DNA of 64,000 nt from Enoplolaimus lenunculus (Eukaryota). The notes beneath the pieces were generated by a model, which was given only the letters and a program-made list of their open reading frames with translations, searched no databases and had not been told where the DNA came from. Position numbers and translations under genes: made by a program. Below are positions 60,895 through 64,000 of the stretch, piece by piece (positions within the stretch are counted from its first letter, which is position 1; each line of letters starts with the position of its first letter). The stretch spans positions 620,001 to 684,000 of the forward strand of contig JASANG010001107.1 in NCBI GenBank assembly GCA_030248215.1. The letters are read 5' to 3'.

Positions 60895-62296
60895 TTTTTC
60901 ATAAACGGTTTGTCGAAAAAGCAAGCACTAAAATCTTACTTTCGTTAATCTTATTTTTGAAGTTTAACGCAATACCCCGGTTAAATCATGGTGTAAACGG
61001 ACTCTAAAAATAAAGGAACGCATATTAAAGTATAAAAAAGTACAAAATATGTTCTATTTCTTCAGCTTAGGGCCGTTGCTAGGTGGTTCGAGGCCCTCTT
61101 ACAAGCCAGTAAAATAGTCGCCTGAGAAAAAGTTCGACTTTTCACACGGCGCAGTCTTGCTTGACACCAAACGTCAAGAAATTGTCCGCACGTTTAACTG
61201 TAGTGCAGTACTTTATGTGGTTTTGCGTATGAAGGTACTTCGTGAACCCCGCCAGAGTGGTGTATGAGCGCAGACTTTCCTGCTGGGGGCAAGTACATTT
61301 TGGTGCCCACAAATTTAACTCACGTGTAATACATTTTATTAAAACCCATCACGCAATACTCAAAAAAGTTTAAAATTTTTTTGAAAAAAAAGGTGTACTG
61401 CAGATTTTGTATATATGAGCCAAAAAAACTCTCGAGCAAAGCGAGCGGGAAACCAGAAGCAATTGTAGAACTAAATAGTTATTCAAAATTTTGATTTATA
61501 TAGCGTCAGTCCGGTAAACTCTACACTTCAAAGTTTTCCCTATATCTGCTTTGAGAGCTTCTTCCAAAACCTATAAATATCTATAGGCAACAAACATTAG
61601 AAACAGGTGCAAGTGATTTTGGGCGACCATTTTCGTTTATTGCGCCCCCAGTGCACACGGTGCTTAGGGGCATAATCTGCTACCTTTTCGCTACATCCAC
61701 ATCACTGATTTCGTAGTTGAATGGATAATGCATCCTACATTGGAGCATCTGAGATATTAAAATATTCACTTGGCTTTCTAAAATTTTAAAGAAAAACAGC
61801 GGACGCACCGAATTTTTTACAGTTTTGGATGAATTTCGTAATTTTTATTCCATCTCCAACAATTGCAGCATATTTGTAATGAAAAATTTCGAGTACGTTG
61901 ATTTTTAACCTCGGGGTTTTCACTCGATTAACACAGCGAATGTTTCAGTCATTTGTTGAAATCAAACCAAATATATATATACATATATGAAAAAACATTG
62001 AAGTGCTCTACAAAATTAAACGCAACAACCATTTTTACTTTCGGAAATGCGTGAGTAAACAGTCCCAGTTCCAAACGCAGCTGACCAGGTTGATTTCAAA
62101 GCAAACGCACGTTTCAACAAACTATGTACAGTTTCAGAAACACTGTGCACTAAAACGAATATTTACCACGAACCACGACACATGCTAAGAGTTATGAAGA
62201 AAAAAGTATATTAAAACACTTTTAGCAAAAAATTTAAGGCATCATTTAAAATCGTACTACTGGTTCGCTTGTGCATGACGAAACGGTGAAATCTTT

Positions 62297-62458
62297 GGAC
62301 CATGTAAAGATCATGGCCAAAACGTTTTCCCGTAAAACTGCAATAGACTAAAGCATAAGCCTAATATATTTGGTTTGGTTTAGGCTTAGAAATAAGCTCA
62401 TTTTTACACTTAGTTATATGCTTATACTACTGTTACGGCCATGTTCTATACATTGGTT
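62297..62458 (+). mobile_element. TTAGGC-containing MITE family T1 (diverged)
   Basis: GGACCATGTAAAGA...CCATGTTCTATACATTGG ends; ATATGCTTATACTACTGTT block. Confidence 0.6.
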
Positions 62459-62777
62459 AATCATTAAGGACATACTAGCATTTCTTTTTAAATCCTGAAT
62501 GAATTTAAGCTACACCTTATGGAGCTAATCGCAATAATTTTGACGTAAACACCTTGCATTTTTATTTCTTCAAGGAGAAATATTAATTCGAAATAACAAA
62601 CTGCATAAGACAACGTCCGAACTATAGATTTTGTTTGAGAATTCTTAAACATGCAATATTCGCTTAGCTACTATGCACTAATATGCAGTCTAATAAATTC
62701 TCCACTATCCGTTGTTGAAGTTACATTGATACAGATGGATGGTTACATATCAAGAAATCAAGGTTAATCATTATTAT

Positions 62778-63718
62778 TTATTTCTTATGTTCATCATCGT
62801 CATCATCATCATTATTCTGGGTTTCGTCTAGTGTTTCCCATTCTCCGTCATTGTTCCCACCTGTATCATCCAATTTCCGTAATTCACTTGCACTTGTCAC
62901 ATGAGAAGAAACACGAGACATGGTCAAATCTGAAAGCGACATTTGATCATCGCTATTGTTGCCTTCCCCTGTCGCTGTTGTACTACCGGTATTCAGCACT
63001 TCTACACTTTCATTGTTGCTACTTTCTGTAGCATTAATGGATGGCGAGAAAGTAGCTCCATGTGGCTGTGATGTATCATCTTTTTCAGTCAACGCTGTTG
63101 ATCCAAGAGGTGGCAAACCACACCGTTTCAACACAGAGTCTATTTCAGCTTCGCTAAACGACCAAAGCTTACTGGCGGTAGCGTCATTTACAAGGTCAGG
63201 CTTGTATGCCTGCAATGTACAATTATCATACAGGCTCCCAGAAATTAGTACTGATTGCTGTCGTGACTGTTTAGCGCTTTCGTGCATAGATCCTGCCAAT
63301 GCGCTTTTACTCGTTGATGGCAATATTGACACAGGCTGTTGAGACAAAGGTTTCTCGAATTCACTTTGAGCCAGCGCACAGTTCAAGTACGTTTGAACAC
63401 CTTGCTGAATTGATTTAGAGAAGAGCCAAATCAGCGGTGCAGCAATCACTAGCATTGGTCGGCTGAAAAATCGGCCAAGTTGAGTACCGCGCACAAAACC
63501 AGGCCGAACCGCGTAAACTCCAATTCGTGTATTTGACTTCGAAAAACGCCGAGCAAGTTCAAACGCATGACAACAATTAGCTAGTTTACTTCGAGCATAT
63601 GCAAGCAACGGATCATAATCTTCAGGTGTTTCTAGGTTTCTTGACTTTGAATTCTGTGATTTCGAAGCTGGAAAATTCCATCGCTCCCAATTGTTGGCAA
63701 TCGCTTTTGTATAATAGC
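62778..63718 (-). CDS. Short-chain dehydrogenase/reductase (retinol dehydrogenase-like), terminal coding exon; 5' exons not found in the window
   Basis: ATTGTAG acceptor, then open frame YYTKAIA...DYDPLLAYARSKLAN (catalytic YxxxK), ELARRF, VYAVRPGFVRGTQLGR, KSIQQGVQT, SGSLY, ASKLWSFSE; the N-terminal cofactor-binding motif is absent from the window. Confidence 0.88.
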
Positions 63719-64000
63719 CTACAATATCACACGGTTACGTATATTAAAACAAAAATTGAATGAACACAATAAAAGAAGTACTGACTGGCACTTAGCAATA
63801 TGTGTAACAAATGTAAAGCAGTATTTCTGCTGTATTCCATTACAGATGGACCTTGCCAGCTCTCGAGTGAAACATATGCTTTTAACCTAACAACAAAGAC
63901 TTTGCGTATATTTCATAAACTATACACACTATGTACCAAGGTTCCAACGAAATTCCGACTCCGGCTAAAATTCCAAAAAAATTTGGGTTCCGATCCCGAT

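Overview
AT-rich, repeat-dense eukaryotic DNA, very probably from a nematode: it has a cuticle collagen gene and pervasive TTAGGC telomere-type repeats. Three protein-coding genes are well supported, all on the minus strand: (1) an uninterrupted 899-aa FMRFamide-receptor-like class A GPCR (28748-31447) with a roughly 390-aa third intracellular loop containing a poly-Q/H/P tract; (2) a five-exon, 279-aa cuticle collagen (55426-58550); (3) the last coding exon of a retinol-dehydrogenase-like short-chain dehydrogenase (62778-63718), whose upstream exons were not found in the window. The rest is dominated by short non-autonomous DNA transposons (at least eight families, some nested), a decayed CR1-type LINE and tandem duplications. 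Several exon-like segments (8.8-25 kb and 32-41 kb) could not be assembled with confidence. The most unusual items are a TTAA-flanked piggyBac-type MITE carrying a tRNA-Gly-derived Pol III cassette, MITE families whose interior is made of TTAGGC telomere-like repeats, and a 329-bp insertion with a 7-bp TSD that folds into a long, branched, hairpin-rich structure. No prokaryotic-type system (CRISPR etc.) is present. All calls were read by eye without database searches; superfamily assignments rest on terminus and TSD signatures only.
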